DNA of 64,000 nucleotides from the human T2T-CHM13v2.0 reference genome, Homo sapiens: assembly GCF_009914755.1 (NCBI RefSeq), contig NC_060943.1. One strand, 5' to 3'. This document shows, one piece after another, positions 1 to 34,271 of this stretch (its first letter is position 1; each line of letters begins with the position of its first letter). The notes beneath the pieces were generated by a model. The model made no database searches. It was not told where the DNA came from and saw nothing but the letters and a program-made list of their open reading frames with translations. Both the position numbers and the translations under genes were made by a program.

Positions 1-229
1 CCCAGGTTTCTGGGAAAGGGGACAGCTCAAGGCTCCACTGGCCTCATCCCTGGCTGAAGGGAGCCTGGAACTTTCAGAGGCCACCTCCCTGGGGTCCCTC
101 TGCTGCCCCCTGATGTACCTGAAGCCGTCCCAGGCTTGAGTCCCAGGCAGGGCCAGCCAGTCTGCACAAAAACCTCCAGGCAGCCGCCAGAGATGGCCCC
201 AGACAGAGAGACACCAGCCCGCCCCCCAG

Positions 230-485
230 CTATACTCAGAGATGCCAAGAGACCCTCAGAAACACTTGGGGGCCACCATAGGCATGCAGAGACACCTAGG
301 GACACTCAGAAACGCCCAGGGATGCCCAGAAAACCTCAGAGACCCCCAAGATCCTCAGAGACATTTAGAGACCTTCAGAGACTCCCAAAGACCCTCAGAG
401 ACCCTCAGAGACCCTCAGAGATCCCCAGAGACCCTCAGAGACCCTCAGAGATCCCCAGAGACTTTCAGAGACATTCAGAGACATC
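230..485. repeat. Degenerate 10/20-bp minisatellite (CCCTCAGAGA/CCCCAGAGAT); resumes at ~1095-1165 after two Alus
   Basis: Visible tandem units; attcagagacat occurs on both sides of the Alu pair (472-483 and 1095-1106), consistent with a target-site duplication. Confidence 0.85.
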
Positions 486-486
486 C

Positions 487-1096
<610 letters not shown>

Positions 1097-1555
1097 TCAG
1101 AGACATTGAGACCACCCAGAGATCCTCACAGACCCTAGAGATGCCCTGGAAAGCCCAGAGGCCCCCCCCCCCGCGAAAGAAAAAAACATGGAGAGCCAGG
1201 CAAGAAGCTCCCTGGGGTGGCCCCGCCTCAATTCAACCCCATCACCACATTCACCCAACACCCTCAGGTCCTCAGAGCCCACCCTGAGGTGGGTGATGCC
1301 AGAGTCCCTCCAGGCCTCAGCCTGGGTGCTGCCCCAAGAACCCTCAGTCTAGGCAGTGGGGCAACCATGGATGCCTGGCCCTGTGGAGTCAGATCAGGCT
1401 GGAACAGGGTCAAGGGCTGCCCTCCCCCTTCCCCAGCCACCTGCACAGACCCCAAATCTCCCACCCCAGCCTCCTCCTTCCTGGTTTTCTGCCACCTCCA
1501 TCCTCTCTGTGACAGCCATGAGGCAGAGCAGGGGAATTTAAAAACCCTCCCCCAC

Positions 1556-4220
<2,665 letters not shown>

Positions 4221-4379
4221 TGCTGGTTCTAGTAAAATTTTAAAAGCCACTGAATACCTTTGGGAGAGTCGTGGGGAAATAAAACGTGGCATGAAGGCAG
4301 CCATGGTCGGCCAAGCATGTCCCACCTGTGAGGCTTGCATTTCTTGGCTGACAGTGACGCTGACCACGGGAGGCCACGT

Positions 4380-4986
4380 CATGGCCACATGGCTCTCTTG
4401 AGAGCAGTCTTCAACCACAGACGGAAGGAGAGTTGGCTGTAAATGCCTCCGCTCCCTCCACCCTCAGGTAGGACAACAGAAGCACCTCTTCTGTTGCTGT
4501 CTCCCTGAGAAAGGACCCATTCCTGGTGGCCCACGTTGAACCTGCTCGCTGGCACCCCCTGCAGGGCTCCCCTTCCCTTCCTGCCTCTTTAACCCCCAGG
4601 AGGGCTTCTGGGATCACCTCTCAGATAATGCCCCTGAATTGAGTCTTAGAGTCTCCTTCACCAAGCCACCAATTTTTTTTTTTTTTGAGACTGAGTACCG
4701 CTCTATCTCCCAGGCTGGTGTGCAGTGGCACCATCACGGCTCACTGCAAACTCCGCCCCCCAGGTTCAAGTGATTCTCCTGCCTCAGCCTCCTGAGTAGT
4801 TGGGATTATAGGCGCCCGCCATCGCACCCGGCTAATTTTTGTATTTTTAGTAGAGACAGGGTTTTGCCATGTTGGCCAGGCTGGTCTCGAACCTGATCTC
4901 AGGTGATCCGCCTGCCTTGGCCTCCCAAAGTGCTGGGATTACAGTCGTGAGCCACCGCACGCGGCCCAAACCACCAAATTAAGACA
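4380..4986 (+). mobile_element. LTR16-like (ERVL) solo LTR remnant, interrupted by a - Alu at 4673-4967
   Basis: ...taaatgcctcc...caggtaggacaa...ctgggatcacctctcagataa... and terminal ccaaattaagaca resemble the LTR16 consensus as I recall it. Confidence 0.6.
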
Positions 4987-4994
4987 GTTCTTTT

Positions 4995-6728
<1,734 letters not shown>

Positions 6729-7062
6729 TGACTGGGTGATGTTTTCTATATTTGCCTCCTCCTTGCCATGAAATAATTCAATACAGAAATATGTAAATAT
6801 ACATTTGTAAGCCGACCTGAGAGCAAGGGCAAGGTCAAGAGAGGCAGACTAGATTCCACCGCTGACCCTTGGGGTCTTAGCTCAGGGAGGCCTCAAGGGG
6901 ATGCTGGGGGCGGGACCTGCTGGGATTCTCAGGAGTTGCTACATTGAGTCTCTGCTGCCCTCAAGTGGTTATATTCGGAACCGCAGGTGCTGGCTGCCTT
7001 GGCGAAGGCAGGCAACTCCGTAGACCACACAGAGGAGTTCAGCACAGAGGGGACATTGGTAA

Positions 7063-7875
<813 letters not shown>

Positions 7876-8059
7876 AACATAATCATGTCAAAACATGCTC
7901 AATATCAGGTACTTACCAAGTGTGGACTCTGTGGTGTTGTTAAGCCAAAGGACCCCCAGAAGGGAAGAAAAGACTCGTGTCCCTGTACCATCCCGAGAGG
8001 GATGGACCTTAGGGTACCACAGGAAATCTTTCTTCCACCAGTAAGAAGAGAGACTGAAT

Positions 8060-10680
<2,621 letters not shown>

Positions 10681-11659
10681 CTAGAGATGCTGCCACCTTC
10701 TTTGGTCTGGAAGGAGGACATTACCAGAGGATGGAAGCCAGTTCCCAAGGGTTAGTATGACTCTGGAGTTCAAGTGCAGGGCAGAGGGGTGGGGCTTCGA
10801 TGTGTGGCCGGTGAAAGCCACACAAGGTGCTAGAAGCACAGAAGTGTACCGGCTTTGGTTAAGCTTTGTGGAGGACGGACGTGGGGGTGTGAGTTGCAGG
10901 TTTGGCAGAGGCTTCTTGGCCAGGCCCTCCTGTATCCCTTCTGTCACCCGGAGTCCCTCGCAGCCCTGTGGGATTGGTGGCATGACCCAGTGGCTTGGAG
11001 GGGTCACTGAAGTTCAGCTGTTTCCCGGTCAAGGCCACACAGTGAGCCAGGGCACAGCTAGGTTCAAACCCAGGCCCAGAGCCTCTATCTGTGAGTTTCC
11101 GCCTCCAGGCAACTAGTCTTGGGGTATAATCCCCATTTCAGAAACCCTAGCTGGCTGTCCAAGGAGTGAGGCTGTCTGAACACCCCTCTGCCCATGCTGG
11201 CCACCCCCAGCCTTCCTGAGTCAAAGGCCCAGCTCCTCCCACCCCCCACCCTCGACCTACCCTCGTGTTCACCAGCTGCTGTGGCTGCTCCCACCCTGGT
11301 GTTGTTTGGGTTTTAATTTTTGTGTTGCATTTAGAAAATTACCCATAATTACAGCTTCTGAGAGGAAACGGTCTCCTAGCGCAGACCCGGCTCCCAGCTG
11401 TGGCCGCCTCCCACGCACGCACGGCTGGGGAGGGGTTGCAGGGGGCGCCAGCCCCAGTCCTGGCCCCTCCCAGGGCCCCCCACTTTAATGAGGAGGAGGG
11501 AGGGAGGCCGTTTCCGCCACCTATGGAGAAGAAAAACCACCAGCAGGAAAACCCAACCCGGCCTCCTCTGCAGGAATGGGGAGTACTCGTGGGCCCCCCC
11601 ACTGCTGTGTCCTCAAGGAGACAGGACCCAGAGGAAGGCGGAGGCGGCCAACTGAGGAC

Positions 11660-11950
11660 GGGATGCGTTATTTCATCCGAATACTGCCAAGTCCAACTAG
11701 GGACTGTGCGGAAACAGTCTTGCGGGGGCAGTGCCCAGGGAAGGCTTGGAGGAGGAGGAGGAAGAGGAGGAGGGAGAGGAAGAGGAAGAGGAGGAGTTGG
11801 CCTCCTCCCCCAGGAGGACCAAGGAGGAACCCTTGGCCAAAGGAGGAGCCTCAGTAGGCCAGGCCAGAAGCCAGAGAAAAAGCGTTCCAGGCGGCAGGAA
11901 CCGCTAGCGCAAAGGCTTATGGGTGGGACTGTGCAGGGTGGATCCAGGGT
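11660..11950 (-). mobile_element. L2-like remnant containing an expanded (GGA/GAA) purine tract at 11748-11796
   Basis: agggaaggctt-ggagg and agcgttccaggcggcaggaac...gcaaaggc resemble the L2 consensus. Confidence 0.55.
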
Positions 11951-12199
11951 GAGGGTACAGTCGGCCCCTTCTCCTGGCAACCTCCCTGCCCTAAAAGAAG
12001 ATTCTCCTTAGGGCTCCTCCAGGCACAGCCCCTGACCCGTATTTAGGGGACATCCATGGTGGGTGACTCACCACTGTCCACCCCAAGAAGCAGAGACCCA
12101 GCCGAGGACCTGCCCTGGGCCCCTTCCCCGGGGCAACCTCCCCGCCCCCTCTGTGCCACCTTGATCTCACTGGCAACGGAGCTTCTTAGGTTTTTTTAG

Positions 12200-12655
12200 T
12201 TTTTGTTGTTGTTATTTTGAGACGGAGTCTCACTCTATGCCCAGGCTGGAGCGCAATCTTGGCTCACTGCAACCTTCGCCTCCCGGGTTCAAGCGATTCT
12301 CCTGCCTCAGCCTCCTGAGTAGCTGGGATTACAGACGCCCGCCACTACACCCAGCTAATTTTTGTGTTTTGAGTAGAGAGGGGGTTTCACCATGTTGTTT
12401 AGGCTGGTCTCGAACTCCTGACCTGAGGTGATTCGCCCGCCTCAGCCTCCCAAAGTGCTGGGATTACAGGCATGAGCCACCGCGCCCGGCCGGTTTTTTT
12501 AGTTTTTAGTAAGAGTCTTGGTCTGTCGTCCAGGCTGAAGTGCAGTGGCACGATCACAGCTAACTGCAGCCTTCACCTGCTGGGTTCAAGCCATCATCCT
12601 GTCTCGGCCTCCGAAGTGCTGGGGCTACAGGCACACGCTGCCACCACGTGCGGCC
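12200..12655 (-). mobile_element. Antisense Alu plus a partial Alu
   Basis: Alu consensus. Confidence 0.9.
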
Positions 12656-12989
12656 TCCCATGGAGCTTCTTAAAATCGTGACGTAGATCCCATCCTCTCC
12701 TCGCGGCTCCACACCCTCCCATTGCTCCCTAATGCTCTTAGAAAAAAATCTCACCCCCTCCCCTCTGGGCGTGGTCTAGCTCTCTGCCTTCCCTGCCATC
12801 ATCCCCCTCTTCTTCACCCTGCCCCGGCCACGGCTGCTTCCTGGCTCTGCCTCCAGCGCCTTCGCCGTGTGCCCACCTCAGGGCCTTGGCCCTTACTGTG
12901 ACTACAGTCTGAACATTCCACTTCCAGGTCTTTCAAATCCACCCCTCCTCTCCCCGTTATTAATAATTTTTCCTCCCCGCCCTGCCCGT

Positions 12990-14420
12990 CCTTCGCGTGG
13001 GTGGGGGGTCCCTTTCTGCGGGTTCTGCCCCCGCAAGGCGTGCGCCCTGGTTGGGAGTGCGCGCGGCTCAGCTCCCCGACGCCGCGTGGGACCCAGGGCC
13101 CGCTGCCCTCGCACTTTTCCGCCAGCGCCCAGGCTGTGTTTGGAGATCCTTCCCGGTTGCCATGAGAACCGCGCTCCTCGCTCCCGCCCTCCGCGCCTCC
13201 CCCATCACAGCTCTCTGGGCCGCCGGCGCCTCAGCCTCCCTCCCTCCTTCCCTCCCTCCCTCCGCCTCCGCCCTCCCCCGGGAGACCGACCGACCCCGCC
13301 GTCGCCCGTCCTGTCACCAGGGGTCCCCTCCCTCTCACGCACGTGGCACTCCCTGAAATTAACCGACTGACTCGCCAGCTTTTGACTGTCCGCCTCCCCC
13401 ATCAGATTCTGAGCTCCAAGAGGTAGCAACGTGTCCCGGCTGGGTCTCCGGAGCCCAGCACACAGTAGGCGCTCAATACATGTTTAATGGGGTGAAGACT
13501 CACATTGACCCAAGGAACCGTGGCTCACAGGGGGCGAGGGACCAACCAGGGCACACAGGGCCCTGGGGAGCCACGGAGCTTTAGGAGATTAAACTGGGGG
13601 TGGCAGGAGGGGCATCTGCCGGGCCCGGGAGTGCCGGTTGTCACCAAGGCTCTGTGTGACTTTGGGTGAGCCACACCCTCTCTGTGCCTCATTAGGAGTA
13701 GGCGCTGGCGGGGGCAGTGGTGGGAGCGGTCATTAGGATGGGAGTGACCTGGACGCCGAAGCCCACGCCCCCCGTGGTCCCCCAGGCTCCGGGGCCGTCG
13801 CCAGCCCGAGGCCCTGCGGAATTGTGCGGGCCCCTCCTACCCCGCCGAGCCGGGGCCCGGAGGCCCGCGGGAGAGGAAGCTGGGGGAAGGGGCGGCCGGC
13901 TGGACAGGAAGTGGGAAGGGCTGGCGTCCCCCCTCCCGCGCCGAGGCCCCTCGGGGAGGAGGCGGGGCTGGGGCCGGTCCTGCCCTTCCCTTCCTCTCCG
14001 CGGGTCTGGAGCCCCGGCGGCTCCCGACTTCCCGCCGGCCAGAAGGCTTGGGGTGGGGGCGGAGGGTTCTCACGTACTGGGGGGCGGCCTCTATCGGGGA
14101 GGCATCTGCGGGGTCAGCTGGCAGCGAGAGACATCCAGACATTCACACACAAACACACACACGAAACGTGAGCACAGAGCCACACACAGGTCCTAGGGAG
14201 CTGGCGGCCCACCCACGCGCGGAGACACACACGTGCACATTCGGCACACACTTGTGCACGCAACCTCACTGAGCGACTCGGCCCGACTCGGACCCACAAC
14301 TGCCACCGCGCAGCCAGGGACAGTCGCCGAGACAGCGATAATTTATTGGGTGTTTGCCCGCCCCCCACGCACAAGGATGCACACGTGCACTCACACGGGA
14401 GCCGCGTGTTTGCACACACG
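12990..14420. promoter_or_regulatory. Upstream CpG-rich regulatory region
   Basis: High CpG; RFX X-box GTTGCCATGAGAAC at 13156; E-box CACGTG at ~13340; ETS CAGGAAGT at ~13905. Confidence 0.65.
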
Positions 14421-15825
14421 CGGGCTTGCCTAGGAAAAAAGAGGAATAGCCGTGGCAAACACAGAAACATCTAGACCCAGAGTCAACCGCACCGCCTTCC
14501 CCTACCCTGCCCATCCACACACGACCCACTGGTACCCGGGCATCCCTGCCCTGCGGGGGTCCCTGACTCAGTATCCGCCCCCACCCTCTCTGAACACCCC
14601 TGGTGGGGGGATGAAGGGCCCTAAAAGGGGAAAAGGGCACCCACTGCCTGCACCCTGACTCCCGCAGACAAAGGTGGGATGCGCCCCATTTACAGCTCAC
14701 AGCACCGAGGCTGAGAAGCCCAAACAGCAGTCACCCAGCACCTAGTATTGTCACCGGGTGTTACTTCGGGGTGGTGCCAGGTGGCTCCCACAGCCTGGGT
14801 ACTATAGGAGCTTTGTGTCTGTGTGCCTGGGTTGTGTCTGTGTTGTGTGACTTCGGGCGGGACGCTGAGTGTCCGCAGGCCCTGTGACTGTGGAGCTGGG
14901 TAGGGTGTGGTTCTGAGGAGGCCGCGATAGTGCGCCCCAGGGTGACTGTGAGTTAACTCCGTGGGCTCTGTCCACGGCTGTTGGAAGCTGTGGCACGGCC
15001 TTGCATAAGCGCGCGCCTGCGTGAGGCTGGGTGCCTGTGTGCGGTGGCCTGTGTTTAGTTGTTCCAGGACGGCCACTGTGAGCTGGGTGTGTGGCAGTGT
15101 ATGTGTGTCGCTGGGCGGGCTGTATGTGCGGTGGTTCCCACCCTTGCTGAGTGTGGGTAGCTCTGCGGGGTGAGACACCCAATGTCACTGCCTGAGGCTT
15201 TATGGGGCTATCCGCAGTCGTTCCAGCAGCGGGGTACACTTTTGCTGTGTGGAGCGCTATGTTGAGTGTCGCTGCGAATGTGTGTGGCTGGGTGTACAAC
15301 AATGTGGGTGGCCGGCTCCATTTGAGGTGAGTGAACGTGTGTGTGCACGCGCGCGTGTGCAGCCGCGATCAGCTGTGCGTCCCTGGGTGGCCGTCCGGGA
15401 TCCTGACCCGCGAGTGTGTAGCCGCGCCCCCACCCCCCGCGGCGGGCACTGCGCGTGCGCGCTCCGGCGGCGGGACCCACCCGCGCGCCCGCCATCGCCC
15501 CTTTAAGAGCTGCGCCCGCGGGCGGCGTAGAGGCAGCGGGCGGGGGCGCGCGCGGCGGGAGGAGGGGAGCGCGCGTTTCCCGGAACAGCCCGCGCGGAGG
15601 AAAGGGAGGAAAAAAAGCCACCCTGCGGCCGGGGCCGGAGCTGGAGCCGCCGCTGCCGCCGCCGCCGCGGCCGTCTGGAGCTCCCCCGCGCGGACGATGC
15701 CTGCCGTGCCCGCCTGGGGCTCGGGGCGGTGAGGCCCGGGGCGCGGGGTAGCTATGGCGACGGCAAGCGCGGCCCGCGGCGCCGCCTGACAGGTGTGGGC
15801 CCCGGCGGCGGCGGCGTGGAGCAGC

Positions 15826-30425
<14,600 letters not shown>

Positions 30426-30710
30426 TGGGGCGGCAGCCCCGGGCCTCTCTGCGGGCCTAGGCTTCTGCCCAGCGCCCCTGCTCAGGGCGAGGGGCTGAGG
30501 TCACACCTCGGGCACCTGGACTCCTGGCCAATCAAGGCTTGCCCAGCTGGGAGGCCCCACACGAAAGACTCTTACCATTTTATTAAAAACGCAAGGACCT
30601 CAGAGACGTTCTTTTCTGTATGGACCCTTCCTGCCATTTGTATTTTGTCCCAGAGAGAAAGGCTCTTTGGGGGGCCCCTCTCCCCAGGACGTCAGGGGGT
30701 GGGGCCCATA

Positions 30711-30716
30711 AATAAA
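30711..30716 (+). terminator. SSBP4: SSBP4 poly(A) signal AATAAA
   Basis: AATAAA ~290 nt after the stop, followed by GT/T-rich downstream element (ggttttggtttttggt). Confidence 0.85.
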
Positions 30717-31013
30717 TGGAAGCTGGTTTTGGTTTTTGGTAGCTTGTCTCAGATTCCCTCTTTGGCCTTCTGCCACCACACTCTCCACCCTGTGGTCTTG
30801 TTCCGTCCCCGCCCCCATCTAGCCCCACCTTTGAGAACTGGGGGCAGAGCGAGGCTCCAGGTTCTGGGCTCTCCCTGGGAGTTGGGGTGATGACCATGGG
30901 CAGAGGGGATGGGACTGAAGCTGGGCGCTCAAGAGTCGGGGAAGTAGAGGGAGGCAGAGTCAGGTCACAGGCCCCAAGAACCCCAGGTGGAAGGAGGGCT
31001 GAGTGGCAGCGCC

Positions 31014-31019
31014 TTTATT
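31014..31019 (-). terminator. ISYNA1: ISYNA1 proximal poly(A) signal AATAAA
   Basis: TTTATT on + strand, ~75 nt past the ISYNA1 stop. Confidence 0.75.
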
Positions 31020-31091
31020 TGTGGGGGCCTTCAAGGTAGGGTCGTGGGGGGCAGCGGGGAGGAAGAGCCGAGAAACTGTGTGACCGGGGCC

Positions 31092-31296
31092 TCAGGTGGT
31101 GGGCATTGGGGGCTCCTCTTGCAGATGCCCATTGGCATCACCGGTGCAGCCATTGGTGGCAGCGGGTACCGGTCCTTTCTTGTTCAACATAGGGTAGGTG
31201 GCAGCCACGGGTCCAACTCGCTTGAGGCTGGGCCCTGGGCGCTCCATTTTGTGTTCCAGGAGCATGTGGTTCTGTGGCGGGAGCCCCACGCAGGCC
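31092..31296 (-). CDS. ISYNA1: ISYNA1 exon 11 (coding part)
   Basis: [16 protein letters not shown]...EEPPMPTT*. Confidence 0.95.
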
Positions 31297-34158
31297 CTGG
31301 AGAGGTCACACAGCTTAGCAGAGCCAGACACCCACAGGGAGAAAGGGGGGGTATCCCTGCCACCTACAGCCCCCCAAGCCCTGTGCATAGCTTAGCCAGG
31401 GGGGTATCTGGGCCCCGGGCGGGAACCTGGAGGCTGGGGTGCACCTGAGGATGTTCTCGATGCAGCTGCGCTGGCGGAAAAGCGCATTGACCACCGGGCT
31501 GCCGGGCGGCACTAGTGGCGCCTTGAAGAGGAAGCTGAGCAGGGACAGCACGGGGTGGAAGGTCTGCGGCTCGGGGTCCATGTCAGTGCAGAAGCTCACG
31601 CGCTGGCACAGCTCGGTCAGCAGCGCTAGGTCCAGCATGATGGGTGCGGCCAGCAGCGAGTCCTGCGGGGCGGGTGGGTCAGGAGATGGGGGCGGTGGCC
31701 AAGCCCTGCCTCCCATAGCAGCCCCTGAAGCCGCGCCGCACCTCACACGTGTTGTGCAGCACCAGTGTGTTGGTTCCGCCCAGCATCAGCTCCGAGGTAT
31801 ACTCATCCAGCGCGCGCTTGCTGTCACCCACGTACGGCACATACTTGATGACCACCTGGAGTGCAGCAGGAGTTTGCCCGGGTCCCTGCCACCCCTCGCC
31901 GGGCAACCCCGCGCCCGCGCCCGCGCCCCACGCACGCAGTGGTCAGGCTCTTCGCCGGGCGTATAGAGCACTGGGTTGCTCTGCACCATGTCGTCCACCA
32001 CGTTGCTCTTGGACACCTCCTTAGAGCGGAACTGCAATGGCGCCGATAGGTTCTCCCCATCGTTGTTGCCCAGGTGGTTGTAACTCACGATGGACATGGT
32101 CTGTGGGTACAAGGGAAGCCCCAGCAGCTGCAGGCCCTGCGGCCCCACAAGCCAGGTGCTCGCGGCCCAGGCCCCCTTCCTGCACTCGGCAGCTCCCTAG
32201 GCCCACGCACCTTGAGGCCGGAGCCAATGAGGAAGTCCACAAGCACGGACTTGACTTTGGTCTGGCCTGACTTGAAGTCATCTCCGCCCACAAAAACCCG
32301 GTGCTGCCACGCGAGCTCAAGAGCTCCGGGCACCAGGGTGTTCTGCGGAGACCCATTGAGGAAGGCACAGCCCTCCAGGATGCTGGCCACGGCGAAGAGC
32401 GTGGAGGGCGACACCTCCAGACCGAGCTGTGGGCAAGGCGGGCAGTCAGCACAGAGCTGTGTCTGTGACTGGCCCTGCCTGACCCGCTCCACCCGGGCGT
32501 TCGCCCACCTCAATGGTGCGCAGCAGGTTCTCGGCTGTGTCGTTGAGGCCTGGAATCACCTCACAGAAGCGCTCCGTGTTCGCCGTCCACAGCACTATGA
32601 CTTTGTCCAGCCCCGCGCTAGACCGGAAGTCTCGGATGTCCCTGCGGATCTGCTCCAGCTGTGGGTTGGATGGTGAGGGTGTGGGGAGGATGGAGAGGGT
32701 GTAGGGAAGTTGGTTGTACATACTCTCGGACTCACAGAGGCCTGGGCTACTCAGTTCCCCGGGTGTCAAGTGAGGCCTGGATTCGCGGGGTGGGGCAAAA
32801 AGAGGGAACCAAGTGGCGAAGAACAGGTGGCAGGAAGCAAGGGATGCGGGATGGGACAGCACCTGCTGCGCACGCGAGCCTGGGATGAGGTTGTCCGCGC
32901 GCGCGCTCTGGTTGGCCGCGATGAATTCGGGGATGTAAACAGAAGGCCGGGGCCGCAGGGCCTCCATGTGCGGCCACAGTTGCTCCTGCAGCCCCCAGTC
33001 CAGCACCTTCGCGCGCCGCATCGCCTCGGCCAGGTTCAGCGACGAGATGTCCCAGCCTGGGGGGACCCTCACACTCGGCCCTGCCCGGATCCTGGGCCCC
33101 TCCAGACCCCATCTCCCATCCCGCCCCACCCCGGCCCAGGGCTCCGCCCACCATCGAACACGAGGTCGTTGGGCGCCACCATGGGCAGCACCGCGCTGAA
33201 GGGTACGAACACCTCCTGGCCCTCGGCGTCCAGGCCCAGGCTCACGGTGCCCGCCTGAGTCAGCGAGCCGTAGTAGTTGGCCTCCTGGGGGTCAGCAGAC
33301 ACGGCGAGGTGACGGGTGGGAGTGGTGAAAGGGCCGCGACCCGGCCTGGGCCCCACCTAGACTCTCAAGCCCCGCCCCACTTTCGGGCATTTTTCAGTTC
33401 CAGGCTCACAGCCAGGACGGAAGCCGCTGCCCCCAGGCCCCTCCCCTGAGACCTCCGGCACCTTAAGCTCCGCCCCTGTAAGACTCCCGAGGAGTCCCCG
33501 CTACCTCGCGAAACCCTTCCACGGGGTCCGCCTGCAGCCAGGCCCCGCCCCCTGCAAGCCCTCCCGCCCCACAGAGCTTCGCCCCCTGCAGGTCCCTCGC
33601 CCACTACAGGCCTCCAGACCCGGGCAGGTCCCTCGCCCCTGCAGCCCCTCGCCCCGCGGAACCCCACCCCCTACAGCCCCCCTGGTCCCGCAGAGCCCCG
33701 CCCCCTGCAGGCTCCCGCCCCCGCCCGCAAGGACTCCCACCAAGCCTCCCTACCCACCACGCCCCTCCCGCCCCCACCTTGCGGCCGCTGCGCGTGGGCC
33801 AGGACAAACGCAGTCGATTGGCCAGCACCGCGGCGGTGAGTGTGGAGCCGTTGTTCCCGCCCCAGCCGACAAGCATGACCCCGAGCCGGGGCACCTGCCG
33901 GGCGGTCCGGAAGGTGAAGCGCGTGGACGTGGGGTGCACCTGAAGACAGGCCGCGCAGTGAATCCCGGGTCCCGTGCCCTTCTCCCCGAGCCGCCCCGCT
34001 CTCCCCAGCACGCCTCCTTCCTCAGCCCCCTGGTCCACCTTGAGAACGCCACCCTCGCGGCTGACGCGCGTCGTCCGGTACTCGTATTGCGCCTCGATGG
34101 CCTCGGGGCCGTAGACCACGTCCGGGCTCTCGACGAAGAACTGGGCGGCGGCCTCCAT
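31092..34158 (-). CDS. ISYNA1: ISYNA1, inositol-3-phosphate synthase 1 (MIP synthase); spliced CDS 1677 nt = 558 aa
   Basis: Minus-strand exons 34158-34039, 33939-33778, 33284-33152, 33056-32863, 32658-32509, 32426-32211, 32100-31936, 31855-31742, 31662-31445, 31296-31092, all GT/AG. Contains the MIPS motifs [33 protein letters not shown]. Confidence 0.98.
31445..31662 (-). CDS. ISYNA1: ISYNA1 exon 10
   Basis: [12 protein letters not shown]...SCIENIL. Confidence 0.96.
31742..31855 (-). CDS. ISYNA1: ISYNA1 exon 9
   Basis: [19 protein letters not shown]...HNTCE. Confidence 0.96.
31936..32100 (-). CDS. ISYNA1: ISYNA1 exon 8
   Basis: [15 protein letters not shown]...EPDHC. Confidence 0.96.
32211..32426 (-). 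CDS. ISYNA1: ISYNA1 exon 7
   Basis: [10 protein letters not shown]...NGSPQNT...[10 protein letters not shown]...GLK. Confidence 0.96.
32509..32658 (-). CDS. ISYNA1: ISYNA1 exon 6
   Basis: [10 protein letters not shown]...LWTANTERF...RTIE. Confidence 0.96.
32863..33056 (-). CDS. ISYNA1: ISYNA1 exon 5
   Basis: [10 protein letters not shown]...GSRAQQ. Confidence 0.96.
33152..33284 (-). CDS. ISYNA1: ISYNA1 exon 4
   Basis: [10 protein letters not shown]...NDLVFD. Confidence 0.96.
33778..33939 (-). CDS. ISYNA1: ISYNA1 exon 3
   Basis: [10 protein letters not shown]...[10 protein letters not shown]...SGRK. Confidence 0.96.
34039..34158 (-). CDS. ISYNA1: ISYNA1 first coding exon (exon 2; acceptor at 34167)
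   Basis: [40 protein letters not shown]|gtggac. Confidence 0.95.
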
Positions 34159-34271
34159 CGCGGCGGGCTGGGGGCCCGGGGTGAGCAGGGGGTCAGCGGG
34201 GACTCTAAGCGGCCGGGGCCAAGCCAGCCTGGGTCCCCACGGAGGCCGTCCCTGCCCCGAACCGCACTCAC

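Noticed and set aside
11400-12011. 203-aa ORF with an ITIM-like SEYCQV, plus poly-Glu/Gly/Arg tracts in other frames, suggesting a decayed receptor gene
   Set aside because: The 3' half matches L2 LINE hallmarks with a GGA microsatellite expansion. I found no consistent frame or supporting exons.
32085-32280. p53 half-site-like decamers in ISYNA1 exons 7-8
   Set aside because: Only imperfect half sites; I could not assign a full response element from sequence alone.
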